Positions 38,180 through 48,421 are shown, numbered from the stretch's first letter. The stretch is DNA of 64,000 bases from Lachnospiraceae bacterium (GCA_021205385.1 JAJPXQ010000003.1:812-64811), one strand, 5' to 3'. Notes: generated by a model from the sequence alone, not told the origin. Translations and numbers: made by a program.

Positions 38180-39535
38180 TTAAGCGCGCAGCGCCTCCAC
38201 GAGCTTTTCAAATGCCATGGCATGCGATGCCTTGATGAGTATTGCATCGCCGTCCCTTAAGAGATTCTCTTTCTCTTTAAGAAAACTTTCCGAATCTGAA
38301 AAATGCATGCAATGTGTCTGCGGGGCGGCCGTTATGGCTGCCTCGTGAATTTTTCTGCTCTTGTCGCCGATCGTGACCAGCAGGTCGATGTGCAGCGTTC
38401 CCAGATGTCTGCCGACGGAGGCGTGCAGTTCGGGGGATTGTTCTCCGAGTTCGCCCATGTCGCCGAGGATCGCCACTTTGCGGCTCTTCGTATCTTCGAG
38501 GATGTTCAGCGCCTCGATCATGGAGGCGGGGTTTGCGTTATAGCAGTCGTCAAGCAGCGTATAATGCGAAGTGTGCAGAATATTGCTGCGGCCCGGAAGA
38601 GGGCGCAGGGCCTCGATTCCCGCACGAATCTCATCCGTGTCAAGCCCCAGGGAAAGACCGACGCAGGTGCCGGCCAGTGCGTTGTATACCATGTGAATAC
38701 CGGGAAGCGGGATCGTCACGGTGAAGCTGCTTTCATCCGTGAAAATGCGGCAGCGCACACCATCAAGCCCCAGTTTCTCGATCTGGTCGGCGCGGACGCG
38801 ATTCCCTTCGCCAAGCCCGAAGGTCACGGCCCGATCCGCAAGCGCGATCAGCTTATCATCGTCTCCATTTACAAAGACGGAAGCATCCGGCGTGGCGTAG
38901 TCGAAGATCTCGCACTTTGCCTGAAAGATCCCGTCGCGGGATCCTAAGAATTCAAGATGGGCAGTGCCGATATTGGTCAGGACACAGCAGGTGGGCCTGG
39001 CCATTTTGCTGAGCCGGTGCATCTCCCCGAAGTGATTCATACCCATCTCAAGCACGGCCGCTTCATGGCACGCGTCAATCTGAAAGATTGTCAGCGGAAG
39101 CCCGATCTCGTTGTTCAGATTGCCCGGGGTCTTCAGCACGCAGTATTTCCGGCTCAGGATGGAGGCGATCATTTCCTTCGTGCTCGTCTTGCCTACACTG
39201 CCGGTGACGCCGATGACAGGGATATTGAGCGTTTGCCGGTAGGCCTCTGCAGCCTCCTTCAATGCCTGAAGCGTATCCTCCACAAGGAGATAAGGTCCGG
39301 TGGGATGGTCGAGTCTCTGCTGGCTCAGAGCGCAGAGCGCACCCTTTTCATACACATCCGGGATGAAGCGGTGCCCGTCCACACGCTCGCCTTTGATTGC
39401 GACGAAGAGAAAGCCGGGTTCGATCTGACGATTGTCCTGGACGACGCCGCGGATTTCCTGCCCGAGGGTTTCTTCCGGCCCAAAGTACTGCGCATGGCAG
39501 GCCATGGCAAATTGTCTCAGTGTAAAATGCTTCAT
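38180..39535 (-). CDS. murF: UDP-MurNAc-tripeptide:D-Ala-D-Ala ligase
   Basis: GERVDGH, GVTGSVGKTSTKE, NLNNEIGLP, VLEMGMNHFGE, DDCYNANP, LGDMGELG, IKASH. Confidence 0.95.
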   Translation of the reverse strand: MKHFTLRQFAMACHAQYFGPEETLGQEIRGVVQDNRQIEPGFLFVAIKGERVDGHRFIPDVYEKGALCALSQQRLDHPTGPYLLVEDTLQALKEAAEAYRQTLNIPVIGVTGSVGKTSTKEMIASILSRKYCVLKTPGNLNNEIGLPLTIFQIDACHEAAVLEMGMNHFGEMHRLSKMARPTCCVLTNIGTAHLEFLGSRDGIFQAKCEIFDYATPDASVFVNGDDDKLIALADRAVTFGLGEGNRVRADQIEKLGLDGVRCRIFTDESSFTVTIPLPGIHMVYNALAGTCVGLSLGLDTDEIRAGIEALRPLPGRSNILHTSHYTLLDDCYNANPASMIEALNILEDTKSRKVAILGDMGELGEQSPELHASVGRHLGTLHIDLLVTIGDKSRKIHEAAITAAPQTHCMHFSDSESFLKEKENLLRDGDAILIKASHAMAFEKLVEALRA

Positions 39536-40587
39536 ATTGTATCTCCGTACTTTTTCATAGATACCTGAATCAGCCACTCACAAAGATCCGGGAAAGAATA
39601 TCCGATCGCAGCGGCGGCCTGGGGAATCAGACTCGTCGGCGTCATGCCGGGAAGCGTGTTGACTTCCAGCGCGTAATCTTCTCCGGAGCGCTCATCGTAC
39701 ATGAAATCGACGCGTGCATAGCCCTCGATATTTACGGCGGCACAGGCCTGCTCGGCATGCCGCTGGATGCGCTTTGTCAGCTCGGGCGGGATATCGGCGG
39801 GACAGGTCTCGATGGTACTGCCCGGCTGGTATTTATTTTTGTAATCATAAAAGCCGTCCAGCGGCGCGATCTCGATAACCGGCAGAGCCTCCCCGTCCAC
39901 GACGGAGACTGTGAATTCCCGCCCGATAATGCAGCGCTCTACGATGACCTGTTCTTCATAGTAGAAGGCTTTGTCCAGCGCATGGGCGAGCTCTGTCTCC
40001 GACTCGACCCGGTAGACGCCGACGGAAGAGCCGCCGCAGCAGGTCTTGACCATGCAGGGATATCCAATGCTCTCGGGCAGGCGGAAATGCTGGCCTTTCC
40101 GGACAGTAACGGAAGGGGGCGTCGGCACGCCGAAGCCGCGGAACATCTGTTTTGTGATGTGTTTGTCCATGCAAAGGGCGCTGCTGCTGTGGCCCGTGCC
40201 GGTATAACGGATGCCCATCAGGTCGAAGAGCGCCTGGAGACGTCCGTCCTCCCCGCCTTCCCCATGCAGCCCGAGAAATACGATGTCGCAGAGCTGACAC
40301 AGGCGCAGAACATTGGGCCCCAATAGGCTGCGGTAGCCGGGGCGCAGCGCTCTGACTGCGTCGATATCCGGAATATTCTCTGCGACCGCACCGATCTGGG
40401 CAGCCCAGTCCCGTTCTTCCGCGAAGAGCCGGTCCAGGGGCTCTTCCACGCCCGGAAGTCCCAGAAACAGGTCGAGGAGAATCACCTGATGTCCTTTTCC
40501 TTTCAACGCTTCGTAAATATTTTTTCCGCTGCTCAGCGACACGTCGCGTTCTGTGCTGATGCCGCCGGCCAAAACGACGATTTTCAT
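39532..40587 (-). CDS. ddl: D-alanine--D-alanine ligase
   Basis: MKIVVLAGGISTERDVS, LHGEGGEDG, MDKHITK, GGSSVG, YDYKNKY, RVDF, EVNTLPG. Confidence 0.95.
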   Translation of the reverse strand: MKIVVLAGGISTERDVSLSSGKNIYEALKGKGHQVILLDLFLGLPGVEEPLDRLFAEERDWAAQIGAVAENIPDIDAVRALRPGYRSLLGPNVLRLCQLCDIVFLGLHGEGGEDGRLQALFDLMGIRYTGTGHSSSALCMDKHITKQMFRGFGVPTPPSVTVRKGQHFRLPESIGYPCMVKTCCGGSSVGVYRVESETELAHALDKAFYYEEQVIVERCIIGREFTVSVVDGEALPVIEIAPLDGFYDYKNKYQPGSTIETCPADIPPELTKRIQRHAEQACAAVNIEGYARVDFMYDERSGEDYALEVNTLPGMTPTSLIPQAAAAIGYSFPDLCEWLIQVSMKKYGDTI

Positions 40588-40653
40588 AGACCCCTCCAAC
40601 GATTCTTATATATATGATTGCAAATACGGTTTCATACCGTTTCCGTCCGGGAA

Positions 40654-42180
40654 TCAGCCGAAGCGTCCGTACAGCTCCGTCATCTTCTTAAGTCCCGCCG
40701 CCATGCCGTCATTCAGCTGTCCGGCGCGGAAACGGAATTCCCAGTTGCCGGTGGGCGTGCCGGGAGTATTCATGCGGTGTTCGCTGCCGAGTCCCAGGAT
40801 GTCCTGCACGGGGAAAATCGCGTATTTCGCGATCGTGCCCAGGCAGGTGCGGATGAAATCCCAGCTCACGCTGCTCGCGTCGGTGTTCATGTAACGACGG
40901 ATTTTGTCGCGGTTCTGTTCATTTGTATGCTCATACCAGCCGCGGCTGGTGTCATTGTCATGCGTACCGGTATAGCAGATGCAGTTGCGCGTATCCAGCT
41001 GATGCGGCAGGAACGTGCTCTCCCCCGGACCGTCGAAGCCGAACTGCAGCACGCGCATACCCGGAAAACCGAGCGTATCGCGCAGCTTCTCAACCTCCGG
41101 CGTGATGATGCCCAGGTCTTCTGCGAAGATCGGAAGATCCTTTCCAAGTACCTGTTCCATGGCGCGGAACAGCGCTTCGCCGGGTCCCTTCTTCCAGCAG
41201 CCGTTCAGCGCGGTCTCTTCCTCGGCGGGAATCGCCCAGTAGGCCTCCAGCCCGCGGAAGTGATCGATGCGGATGTAGTCTACCTGGTCGAGCTGATTGC
41301 GGATGCGCCAGATCCACCAGCGGTAGCCGTCCTCAGCGTGCGCGTCCCAGTCGTAGAGCGGGTTGCCCCAGCGCTGTCCGGTCGCGCTGAAATAGTCCGG
41401 CGGAACGCCGGCCACTTCGGTCGGGTGCCCCTTGGCGTCCAGGCAGAACATCTCCTTATAGCCCCAGACATCAGCACTGTCCGGTGAGGGGAAGATCGGA
41501 ATATCGCCGATGATGGCGATGCCCTTTTTATTTGCGTAAGCTTTCAGATCAAACCACTGGCTGAAAAACAGGAACTGGACAAAGCGGTGATAATCTACCT
41601 TGTCGCGCAGGCGCTCCCGCCAGGCTTCCTTGTCCGTGGGCGTCGGGCAGCGCAGGCTTTCCTCCCACTCATACCAGGGCAGGCCGCCGTGATAATCCTT
41701 AGCCGCCATGTACAGGCAGTAATCCTCGAGCCAGTAACGATTCGACTCGCGAAAAGCTTCGTACTCCTCCAGCAGATTCTTGTCCGCGGTGTGCAGAAAA
41801 TGCCCATAGGCCTTCTGGAAAAGCGCGGTCTTATATACGGTTACGCGCTCATAATCCACGCGGTCTGCCTCGAAATCCGGAATCGGCTGGAGATCCTCCG
41901 GGGTCAGCAGTTTTTTCTTAATTAAAAGATCGGGGCTGATCAGAAGCGGTTGTCCCGCGAATACGGAAAAGCCCTGATAGGGAGAATTTCCATTTCCTGA
42001 CGGCACGAGCGGAAGCACCTGCCAGAGATGCTGCCCTGCTGCCACAAGGAAGTCGATGAAATCGTAGGCGCTCTGTCCCATATCCCCGATACCGTAGGGG
42101 GAAGGGAAGGCGGTGGGGTGGACGAGTACCCCGCTGTAGCGGTGGTTGCTCCGGTCGTCTTCGCTGATTTTGAACTGCAT
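40654..42180 (-). CDS. malQ: 4-alpha-glucanotransferase (GH77)
   Basis: SGVLVHPTAFPS..GIGD, WQVLPL, GDIPIF, GVPPDYFSATGQRWGNPLY, RIDHFRG, AEDLG, YTGTHDNDT, RMNTPG. Confidence 0.96.
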   Translation of the reverse strand: MQFKISEDDRSNHRYSGVLVHPTAFPSPYGIGDMGQSAYDFIDFLVAAGQHLWQVLPLVPSGNGNSPYQGFSVFAGQPLLISPDLLIKKKLLTPEDLQPIPDFEADRVDYERVTVYKTALFQKAYGHFLHTADKNLLEEYEAFRESNRYWLEDYCLYMAAKDYHGGLPWYEWEESLRCPTPTDKEAWRERLRDKVDYHRFVQFLFFSQWFDLKAYANKKGIAIIGDIPIFPSPDSADVWGYKEMFCLDAKGHPTEVAGVPPDYFSATGQRWGNPLYDWDAHAEDGYRWWIWRIRNQLDQVDYIRIDHFRGLEAYWAIPAEEETALNGCWKKGPGEALFRAMEQVLGKDLPIFAEDLGIITPEVEKLRDTLGFPGMRVLQFGFDGPGESTFLPHQLDTRNCICYTGTHDNDTSRGWYEHTNEQNRDKIRRYMNTDASSVSWDFIRTCLGTIAKYAIFPVQDILGLGSEHRMNTPGTPTGNWEFRFRAGQLNDGMAAGLKKMTELYGRFG

Positions 42181-42330
42181 AACACTACCTCCTGACAGCT
42201 CTCATTATACTTGAAGGACCTGTGGAATACAAGAAAGAAAATGATTGCCGGAAGGCGGTGGATTCTATGGGGAATGAAAACCGGCCGCATCACATAAGAT
42301 AGAGCAAAGCGTATGAATGGGGGCGGCCGT

Positions 42331-42729
42331 ATGAGAAAATGGTGTCTGCTGTTCCTGACCGTCCTGCTGCTGGCAGGGTGCGGGGTGGAGACGCAGAGTG
42401 ACGAGAGGCTGGAAGATCTGGATTTTACAGTGCTCGATGTGGAGAAAATCCCGGAGGAACTGCGAAATGTGCTGGAGGAGAAGAAGAGCGAGCCCTTTCA
42501 GGTGACCTATGAGGACGAGGGCTATCTCTACATTTGCATTGGTTATGGGGAGCAGGAAACGAGCGGTTACAGTATCGCTGTACAGGATCTTTATCTGACA
42601 GAAACCGCGATCTGCGTGGATACCGAGCTGCTCGGCCCGGGAAACGGCGAGGATGTCGCGCCGTCCGTGACAAGCCCATATATCGTGCTGAAACTGGAAT
42701 ATCTGGACAAATCTGTCATTTTTGAGTAG
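42331..42729 (+). CDS. Lipoprotein with PrcB C-terminal-like domain
   Basis: Lipobox LAGC; YICIGYGEQETSGYSIAV..SPYIVLKLE. Confidence 0.8.
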   Translation: MRKWCLLFLTVLLLAGCGVETQSDERLEDLDFTVLDVEKIPEELRNVLEEKKSEPFQVTYEDEGYLYICIGYGEQETSGYSIAVQDLYLTETAICVDTELLGPGNGEDVAPSVTSPYIVLKLEYLDKSVIFE

Positions 42730-42748
42730 GAAAGGTGGGGCAGGAAAA

Positions 42749-44320
42749 ATGGAACTGGAACGCAGCTACAGAAATCTGATGCGCAGGAAAGGAAAGGCGG
42801 TCAGCCAGACGACACTGGAGGAAGATCTGAATGTACCGGATCAGAAACCGGATATTTTTCGAATCGTACACCGTCAGGGAGAATTCCGACCCGACGAGAC
42901 CCGCATTGAAACGGGAAAGGTGAAGGTGCGCGGTGTTTTCCTGTATCGGATCCTGTACATCGCAGAGAACCATGATCGGACGGCGGAAATGCTCGAGGGG
43001 AGTATTCCGGTTGACGAGACGGTGTTTTTGAATGGACTGGAGGAAGGGGATATTCTGGATTTCACATGGAATACAGGGGATCTGCATGCATCTGCGATTC
43101 ATTCCCGCAAGGCCAATCTGAAGTGTGTACTGGAACTCGCAGCGGAGGCCTTTCGCGAACAGCCGGTTCCGCTGGCGCAGCAGCCGGAGGAGCAGCAGGA
43201 TCTGTATTGCAGAACGGATACGGTCTGTCTTCAGCAGGAGCTGATACATAAAAGAGACATGCTGCGGGTGCGTGAGGACCTGAACCTGCCGCCCGGAAAG
43301 CCCAATATTCGTCGTATTATCTGGAAGGAGGCGCGGCTTCAGGGGACGGAGCTTCGACAGGAGGAGGGACGCTTGTCGGTTAAAGGGGAACTGAATGTGT
43401 TCTTCCTGTATGAGAGCGACCAGGATGACGGGCGGATTCAGTGGATGGAGCAGAGCATTCCTTTCCGGAATGAGGTGGAGTGTGAAGCCTGCAGCGCGGA
43501 ACTTTCCGGCTGCGGAACGGCATCGCTTCAGCGCTGCGATATGGAGCTGCAGCCGGATTATGACGGCGAGCCGCGGATGGTTCGCGTAGACGCGGTGCTT
43601 GAGCTGATGCTGCGGTATTTTGAAGAGCAGGACTGTGAGGTTTTAAGCGATGCGTATAGCCTGACGCGGGAGATTATCCCGGAATGGCAGAGCTATGCCT
43701 GGGAGTATGTGAGCCGTCTGTCTGATTCCAGAGCGAGAATTTCGGGACGTATGAAGCTTAAGGAGGCTGACCCGAAGCTGCTGCAGGTTCTGGCGAGCGG
43801 TGCTGACTTTCACGTGGACTATACGGAACACACACAGCAGGGTCTGCTTCTGCAGGGAACGCTGGATCTGTGGGTTCTCTATGCAGCGGAAGACGACAGC
43901 CAGCCGCTGGCCTGTGCGGAGCAGTCCTTCCCGTTCGAGCACACCGTGGAGCTGCCGGACACAAAGATACAGGAGGAGGCCCGGATGACGCTGGGACTTG
44001 ACCAGCTGACAGTCAGCATGCTGGATGCGGGGGAACTGGAGATGAAGGCGGTAATTCAGGTACAGACGCTGCATTCACATCAGGAAGAACTGCGCCTTGT
44101 GGCAGAACTGAAGGAGGAACCGCTGAATACGGAGCGTATTAAAAATCTGCCAGGCATGGCCGTTCACATTGTACAGCCGGGCGAGAGCCTGTGGGAGATT
44201 GCGAAAAGCCATGCTGCGACCTGCCGCGATGTGGCGGAGCTGAACGGGCTGGGCGACACAGAGCCGGAGCCGGGCAGCAAGCTTCTGCTTGTAAAGGGAA
44301 TGGCCGGTATGGTATCATAG
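42749..44320 (+). CDS. SPOCS (DUF3794) x3 + LysM spore-coat morphogenetic protein (SipL-like)
   Basis: EEDLNVPDQKPDI and REDLNLPPGKPNI repeats; C-terminal HIVQPGESLWEIAK LysM. Confidence 0.85.
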   Translation: MELERSYRNLMRRKGKAVSQTTLEEDLNVPDQKPDIFRIVHRQGEFRPDETRIETGKVKVRGVFLYRILYIAENHDRTAEMLEGSIPVDETVFLNGLEEGDILDFTWNTGDLHASAIHSRKANLKCVLELAAEAFREQPVPLAQQPEEQQDLYCRTDTVCLQQELIHKRDMLRVREDLNLPPGKPNIRRIIWKEARLQGTELRQEEGRLSVKGELNVFFLYESDQDDGRIQWMEQSIPFRNEVECEACSAELSGCGTASLQRCDMELQPDYDGEPRMVRVDAVLELMLRYFEEQDCEVLSDAYSLTREIIPEWQSYAWEYVSRLSDSRARISGRMKLKEADPKLLQVLASGADFHVDYTEHTQQGLLLQGTLDLWVLYAAEDDSQPLACAEQSFPFEHTVELPDTKIQEEARMTLGLDQLTVSMLDAGELEMKAVIQVQTLHSHQEELRLVAELKEEPLNTERIKNLPGMAVHIVQPGESLWEIAKSHAATCRDVAELNGLGDTEPEPGSKLLLVKGMAGMVS

Positions 44321-44347
44321 CTTTTAAAGAGACGATGCGGAGGAAGT

Positions 44348-45238
44348 ATGAGGGATAAAATACAGATGAGAGCGCTTGCAAAGATCAATCTGGGACTGGA
44401 TGTACTGCGCAGGCGGGAGGACGGTTATCATGAAGTAAAAATGATCATGCAGACGGTCACGCTGCATGATGAACTGGAGCTGAAAAGGACAAAAGAGCCG
44501 GGGATCAGAGTGGAGACGAATCTGCCCTATCTGCCGACGAATGAGAATAATCTGGTCTATAAGGCGGCAAAGCTTCTGAAGGACGAATTCGATATCCGGG
44601 ACGGTCTCACAATCCGGCTCACCAAGAGGATTCCGGTGGCCGCCGGGATGGCGGGCGGGAGCGCTGACGGAGCGGCCGTTCTGTGGGGCGTGAACCAGAT
44701 GTATGGCCTGGGGCTTACACCGGAAGAACTGATGGAACGCGGTGTCCGGTTCGGAGCTGATGTGCCCTACTGTGTGATGCGGGGGACAGCGCTTGCGGAG
44801 GGGATCGGTGAGAAGCTGAAGCCTCTGCCTTCCATGCCGCGCTGCACGATCCTGATCGCGAAACCGGGCATCAATGTATCGACCCGTTTTGTCTATGAAA
44901 ATCTTCATGCAAATGAACTCCGCCCGGAGCAGCACCCGGACGTGGATGCCATGATCGAGGCGCTGGAGCAGGGAGATCTGCAGCTCCTCGCTTCGCGCAT
45001 GGGAAATGTGCTTGAGACGGTAACCGAACCCCTGTATCCGGTGATCGGCAGCATTAAACAGTGCATGGTGGAAAAAGGGGCGCTCGGATCTCTGATGAGC
45101 GGAAGCGGACCGACGGTGTTCGGAATCTTTCGGTCACGATCGGCGGCCCGCGACGCTTCTGCCGCGATCAGGAGTGCAGGGCTGGCGAAGCAGGTCTATC
45201 TCGTTACACCGTACAATATTCACAGACAGCAGGCATAA
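44348..45238 (+). CDS. ispE: 4-diphosphocytidyl-2-C-methyl-D-erythritol kinase
   Basis: AKINLGLDV, KRIPVAAGMAGGSAD, GADVPYC, NVLE, LMSGSGPTVF. Confidence 0.96.
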   Translation: MRDKIQMRALAKINLGLDVLRRREDGYHEVKMIMQTVTLHDELELKRTKEPGIRVETNLPYLPTNENNLVYKAAKLLKDEFDIRDGLTIRLTKRIPVAAGMAGGSADGAAVLWGVNQMYGLGLTPEELMERGVRFGADVPYCVMRGTALAEGIGEKLKPLPSMPRCTILIAKPGINVSTRFVYENLHANELRPEQHPDVDAMIEALEQGDLQLLASRMGNVLETVTEPLYPVIGSIKQCMVEKGALGSLMSGSGPTVFGIFRSRSAARDASAAIRSAGLAKQVYLVTPYNIHRQQA

Positions 45239-45292
45239 AGCCGCGTTTTTCCGGCGATACTCTGGATAGAAATTAGAAAGAGGAAGCCTGAA

Positions 45293-45487
45293 ATGAGACG
45301 GAAAATGATGATGTGGCTGTTGATTCTGAGTTTAAACCTCAGTGTTATCTTTGCGGGATACGCGTGTGGACAAGGTAATTCAAAAACAGAGGACGGGAGG
45401 GCCATGGCCTGGTGGACGCTGCTCTATGAGCGTCCGAATCCGGAGCGTTTGCCGGTGAAGGTGAAATTCTGGCTGGCGGTAAGATAA
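45293..45487 (+). CDS. Small protein (64 aa), possibly a SpoIIR-like remnant
   Basis: RBS AAAGAGG; hydrophobic N-terminus then AWWTLLY...KVKFWL, resembling the SpoIIR C-terminal NWWCVL(Y/F)P..VKF motif. Lies between ispE and DUF1934. Confidence 0.5.
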   Translation: MRRKMMMWLLILSLNLSVIFAGYACGQGNSKTEDGRAMAWWTLLYERPNPERLPVKVKFWLAVR

Positions 45488-45523
45488 GGACGGTGGCTGC
45501 CGCACCAGGGAAGCGGTGTTGAG

Positions 45524-45952
45524 ATGACAAAAGAAGTGACGGTGACTGTCTGCAGCCTTCATTTTGCGGAAGACGGGCAACAGAAGGCTGAGACTACATA
45601 TAATGGAGAATACTATGAGAAAAACGGCGTGCACTATCTGTTTTTCAATGAATTGCAGGAGGGCTTCACGGAACCAGTGCGCAATCGCTATACGATGACC
45701 GCGGAGAGCCTGGAGGTGCGCAGAAGCGGCCCGGTCTCTGCAAATCTGCGCTTCCGGGAGGGGGAGCGCAGGCAGAGTACCTATCAGGTCCCGTGGGGAA
45801 GCCTGACTGCTGTCTTCGACACCTCGCGTGTACGGCTCGACGTGCGGGAGGACAGGCTTGAGATGCAGGTAGTTTACCGGCTAAGCCTGAACGGGGAGGA
45901 GCAGGCCGGTTGTGACATTCGGGTGCGCGTGGAGGAACGGAAGAAAGCCTGA
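45524..45952 (+). CDS. DUF1934-family protein
   Basis: GEYYEKNGVHYLFFNE, VRRSGPVSANLRFREG..YQVPWG. Confidence 0.85.
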   Translation: MTKEVTVTVCSLHFAEDGQQKAETTYNGEYYEKNGVHYLFFNELQEGFTEPVRNRYTMTAESLEVRRSGPVSANLRFREGERRQSTYQVPWGSLTAVFDTSRVRLDVREDRLEMQVVYRLSLNGEEQAGCDIRVRVEERKKA

Positions 45953-45980
45953 ATGCGAAAGAACAAAGGAGATGATTGAT

Positions 45981-46445
45981 ATGTCTGTTGAAAAGGTAAA
46001 AGCATATTTTGCGAAGTACGGGATGGAAGACCGGGTGATGGAGATGAACCATTCCAGCGCGACGGTGGAGCTGGCGGCGGAGGCGCTGGGCTGCGAGCCG
46101 TGCCGGATTGCCAAGACGATGTCGTTCCTGCAGGGAGACAGGGCGATCCTGATCGTGGCGGCCGGCGACGCGAGAGTAGATAATAAGAAGTATAAAGCGC
46201 AGTTTCAGACAAAGGCGAAAATGATCCCCCGCGACGAGGTGGAGGCGTGGATTGGCCACGCCCCGGGTGGGGTCTGTCCTTTTGCGATCAAAGAAGGCGT
46301 GGCGGTCTATCTGGATGAATCCCTGAAACGCTTTGACCTCGTCTATCCGGCAGCGGGCAGCGGCAACAGCGCCATCGGACTGAACCTGGAGGAGCTGGAG
46401 AAGTATTCGGGCGCTGTCGGCTGGATTGACGTCTGCCGGTATTGA
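45981..46445 (+). CDS. YbaK/EbsC aminoacyl-tRNA editing-domain protein
   Basis: SSATVELAAEALGCEPCRIAKTMS, GHAPGGVCPF, YPAAGS. Confidence 0.92.
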   Translation: MSVEKVKAYFAKYGMEDRVMEMNHSSATVELAAEALGCEPCRIAKTMSFLQGDRAILIVAAGDARVDNKKYKAQFQTKAKMIPRDEVEAWIGHAPGGVCPFAIKEGVAVYLDESLKRFDLVYPAAGSGNSAIGLNLEELEKYSGAVGWIDVCRY

Positions 46446-46501
46446 TTTTGGTTGCCGGTTTCGGTCGATGACACGATGATTACAGTGAGGAGGAAAAGGC
46501 C

Positions 46502-46960
46502 GTGGAGAAACATTTACCGGAAAACGTGATTCTCATGAACATGTGCATGCTGTGTGATGGAGATATGGTGCTGGCACTTGACAAAACAGGCAGCAGCTAC
46601 AGCGGGACAACCTTTCCCGGCGGGCACGTGGAGGCCGGCGAGACCTTTGCGGAAGCGGTTATCCGGGAGATGAAGGAAGAGACGGGACTGACAATCCATC
46701 ACCCGATATTGAAGGGAATTTATCACTGGTACCGGGATGGTTTTCATAATATTGGCCTGCTCTACCGCGCGGAATCTTACGAGGGGGAGCTGAAAAGCTC
46801 CGAGGAGGGCCGCGTTTACTGGATTTCCAGAGAAGAATATGAGAAAAAAGAGCTGGCCGGCGGGATGCGGCAGGTTCTGCAGCTCATGGATGATGAGAAT
46901 CTGACAGAATGCTTCGAGGAATTGCAGCCGGACGGCGGCTATCTGGAGCACTTGTTCTGA
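46502..46960 (+). CDS. NUDIX hydrolase (MutT-like)
   Basis: FPGGHVEAGETFAEAVIREMKEETGL Nudix box; GTG start behind GAGGAGG. Confidence 0.9.
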   Translation: MEKHLPENVILMNMCMLCDGDMVLALDKTGSSYSGTTFPGGHVEAGETFAEAVIREMKEETGLTIHHPILKGIYHWYRDGFHNIGLLYRAESYEGELKSSEEGRVYWISREEYEKKELAGGMRQVLQLMDDENLTECFEELQPDGGYLEHLF

Positions 46961-46976
46961 GGAGGGGCTGATACAT

Positions 46977-47816
46977 ATGTCATTTTCAGAAGAAAGTATC
47001 CTTTATCATTATACGGATTTTTCCGCATTAGATGGAATACTGAGTAATTCGGAACTGCGGCTGAACAATGTTCTGAATATGAACGACGCCTCGGAGATGC
47101 TTTTGTTTATGAACGGTCTGTGCAGAGCGGTTTCAGGGAAGTTCCGGGCAGAGGGGGACACTGAGAGGGCGGATTGGACGGAAAAGATCTTTTCCGAGGA
47201 AAAAGAGAAGGAATTTGTCTATTCCGCTTATGCGGCCTGCTTTTCCTGCTATCGGGACGATGCGGCTCAGTGGGAGCGCTACGCGAACCGGGGCAGAGGC
47301 GTCTGCATCGCGTTCCGGGGCGACGCGCTCCATAAAATGGCTGTGGAACCGCTTTCCCTGGAGACTGTATTTTATCAGGATGATGTAGGCGGGCATGAGC
47401 TGGTGGAGGCTCTGTACCGGAAGATCAGGCAGAATGAAAAGCCATTTCTTATGACGTCCGGAATCAGGGAAAGTCTGAATCACGCCTGGGCGGCATCTGC
47501 GGCCTTCAAACATCCGTCTTTTGCCAGCGAAAATGAGGTTCGGCTGGTCGTTTCCCCCTTTGCGCAGGGCTTCTTTGATGTGAAGCCCCGTTATCATATC
47601 ATGAAGGAACGCATTAAGAAATATTATCCGGTGGATCTGGAAAAGATGTGTCAGGCAGCGGGCACCTGTCTGGAGGATGTGCTTGTCGAACTGATCGTAG
47701 GGCCGGAGTCCACGCAGTCGATTCCGATTTTACAGGATTATCTGCATGATCACGGATTTGAGAAACTGGCGGGGCGGGTCACGCGCTCGGCCTGTCCGCT
47801 GAGAGAAAGACTCTGA
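46977..47816 (+). CDS. DUF2971-domain protein
   Basis: LYHYT, MNDASE, ACFS...QWERYANRGRGVCIAF, KHPSFASENEVRL. Confidence 0.82.
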   Translation: MSFSEESILYHYTDFSALDGILSNSELRLNNVLNMNDASEMLLFMNGLCRAVSGKFRAEGDTERADWTEKIFSEEKEKEFVYSAYAACFSCYRDDAAQWERYANRGRGVCIAFRGDALHKMAVEPLSLETVFYQDDVGGHELVEALYRKIRQNEKPFLMTSGIRESLNHAWAASAAFKHPSFASENEVRLVVSPFAQGFFDVKPRYHIMKERIKKYYPVDLEKMCQAAGTCLEDVLVELIVGPESTQSIPILQDYLHDHGFEKLAGRVTRSACPLRERL

Positions 47817-47824
47817 GGTACAGG

Positions 47825-48421
47825 ATGCAGGAGATACTGGAGCTTCTGGAAAAATACGGCATGAGCTTAAGAGTGGTCAGAAGTAATAGAAAGTCCATTG
47901 CCATTCAGGTGGCGCCGGAGGGCGTCGTCGTCCGGGCGCCGCACCGGATGTCAGACAGGGCGATCAGGCGTTACGTGGAGGAGCACGGCGACTGGCTGCG
48001 GGAGCATCTGATCAAAATGGATGAGATGATAAAGAACCGGCCGCCGATTGAAAAGCTCAGCACGGAGGAGATCAACGAGCTGGCGGATCAGGCGTTGAAG
48101 GTCATTCCGGGACGTGTGAAATATTATGCGCCACTGGTCGGTGTCACCTATGGGAGGATCACGATTCGCAACCAGAAAACGCGCTGGGGAAGCTGCAGCG
48201 CAAAAGGTAATCTGAATTTCAACTGCCTTCTCATGCTGACACCGCCGGAAGTGCTCGACAGCGTGGTGGTGCATGAGCTGTGTCACCGGAAGCATATGAA
48301 CCACTCCAGAGAATTTTATGCGGAGGTACGACGGGTGTACCCGGACTATGACCGCTGGAATAAGTGGCTGAAAGAGCATGGGAATGAACTGATGCTGAGA
48401 ATGACGGGTATTATTACCTGA
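47825..48421 (+). CDS. YgjP/DUF45 (M48-like, SprT-family) metal-dependent hydrolase
   Basis: RSNRKSIAI, IRNQKTRWGSCS..GNLNFNCLL, VVHELCH..MNHSREFY (HExxH). Confidence 0.9.
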   Translation: MQEILELLEKYGMSLRVVRSNRKSIAIQVAPEGVVVRAPHRMSDRAIRRYVEEHGDWLREHLIKMDEMIKNRPPIEKLSTEEINELADQALKVIPGRVKYYAPLVGVTYGRITIRNQKTRWGSCSAKGNLNFNCLLMLTPPEVLDSVVVHELCHRKHMNHSREFYAEVRRVYPDYDRWNKWLKEHGNELMLRMTGIIT

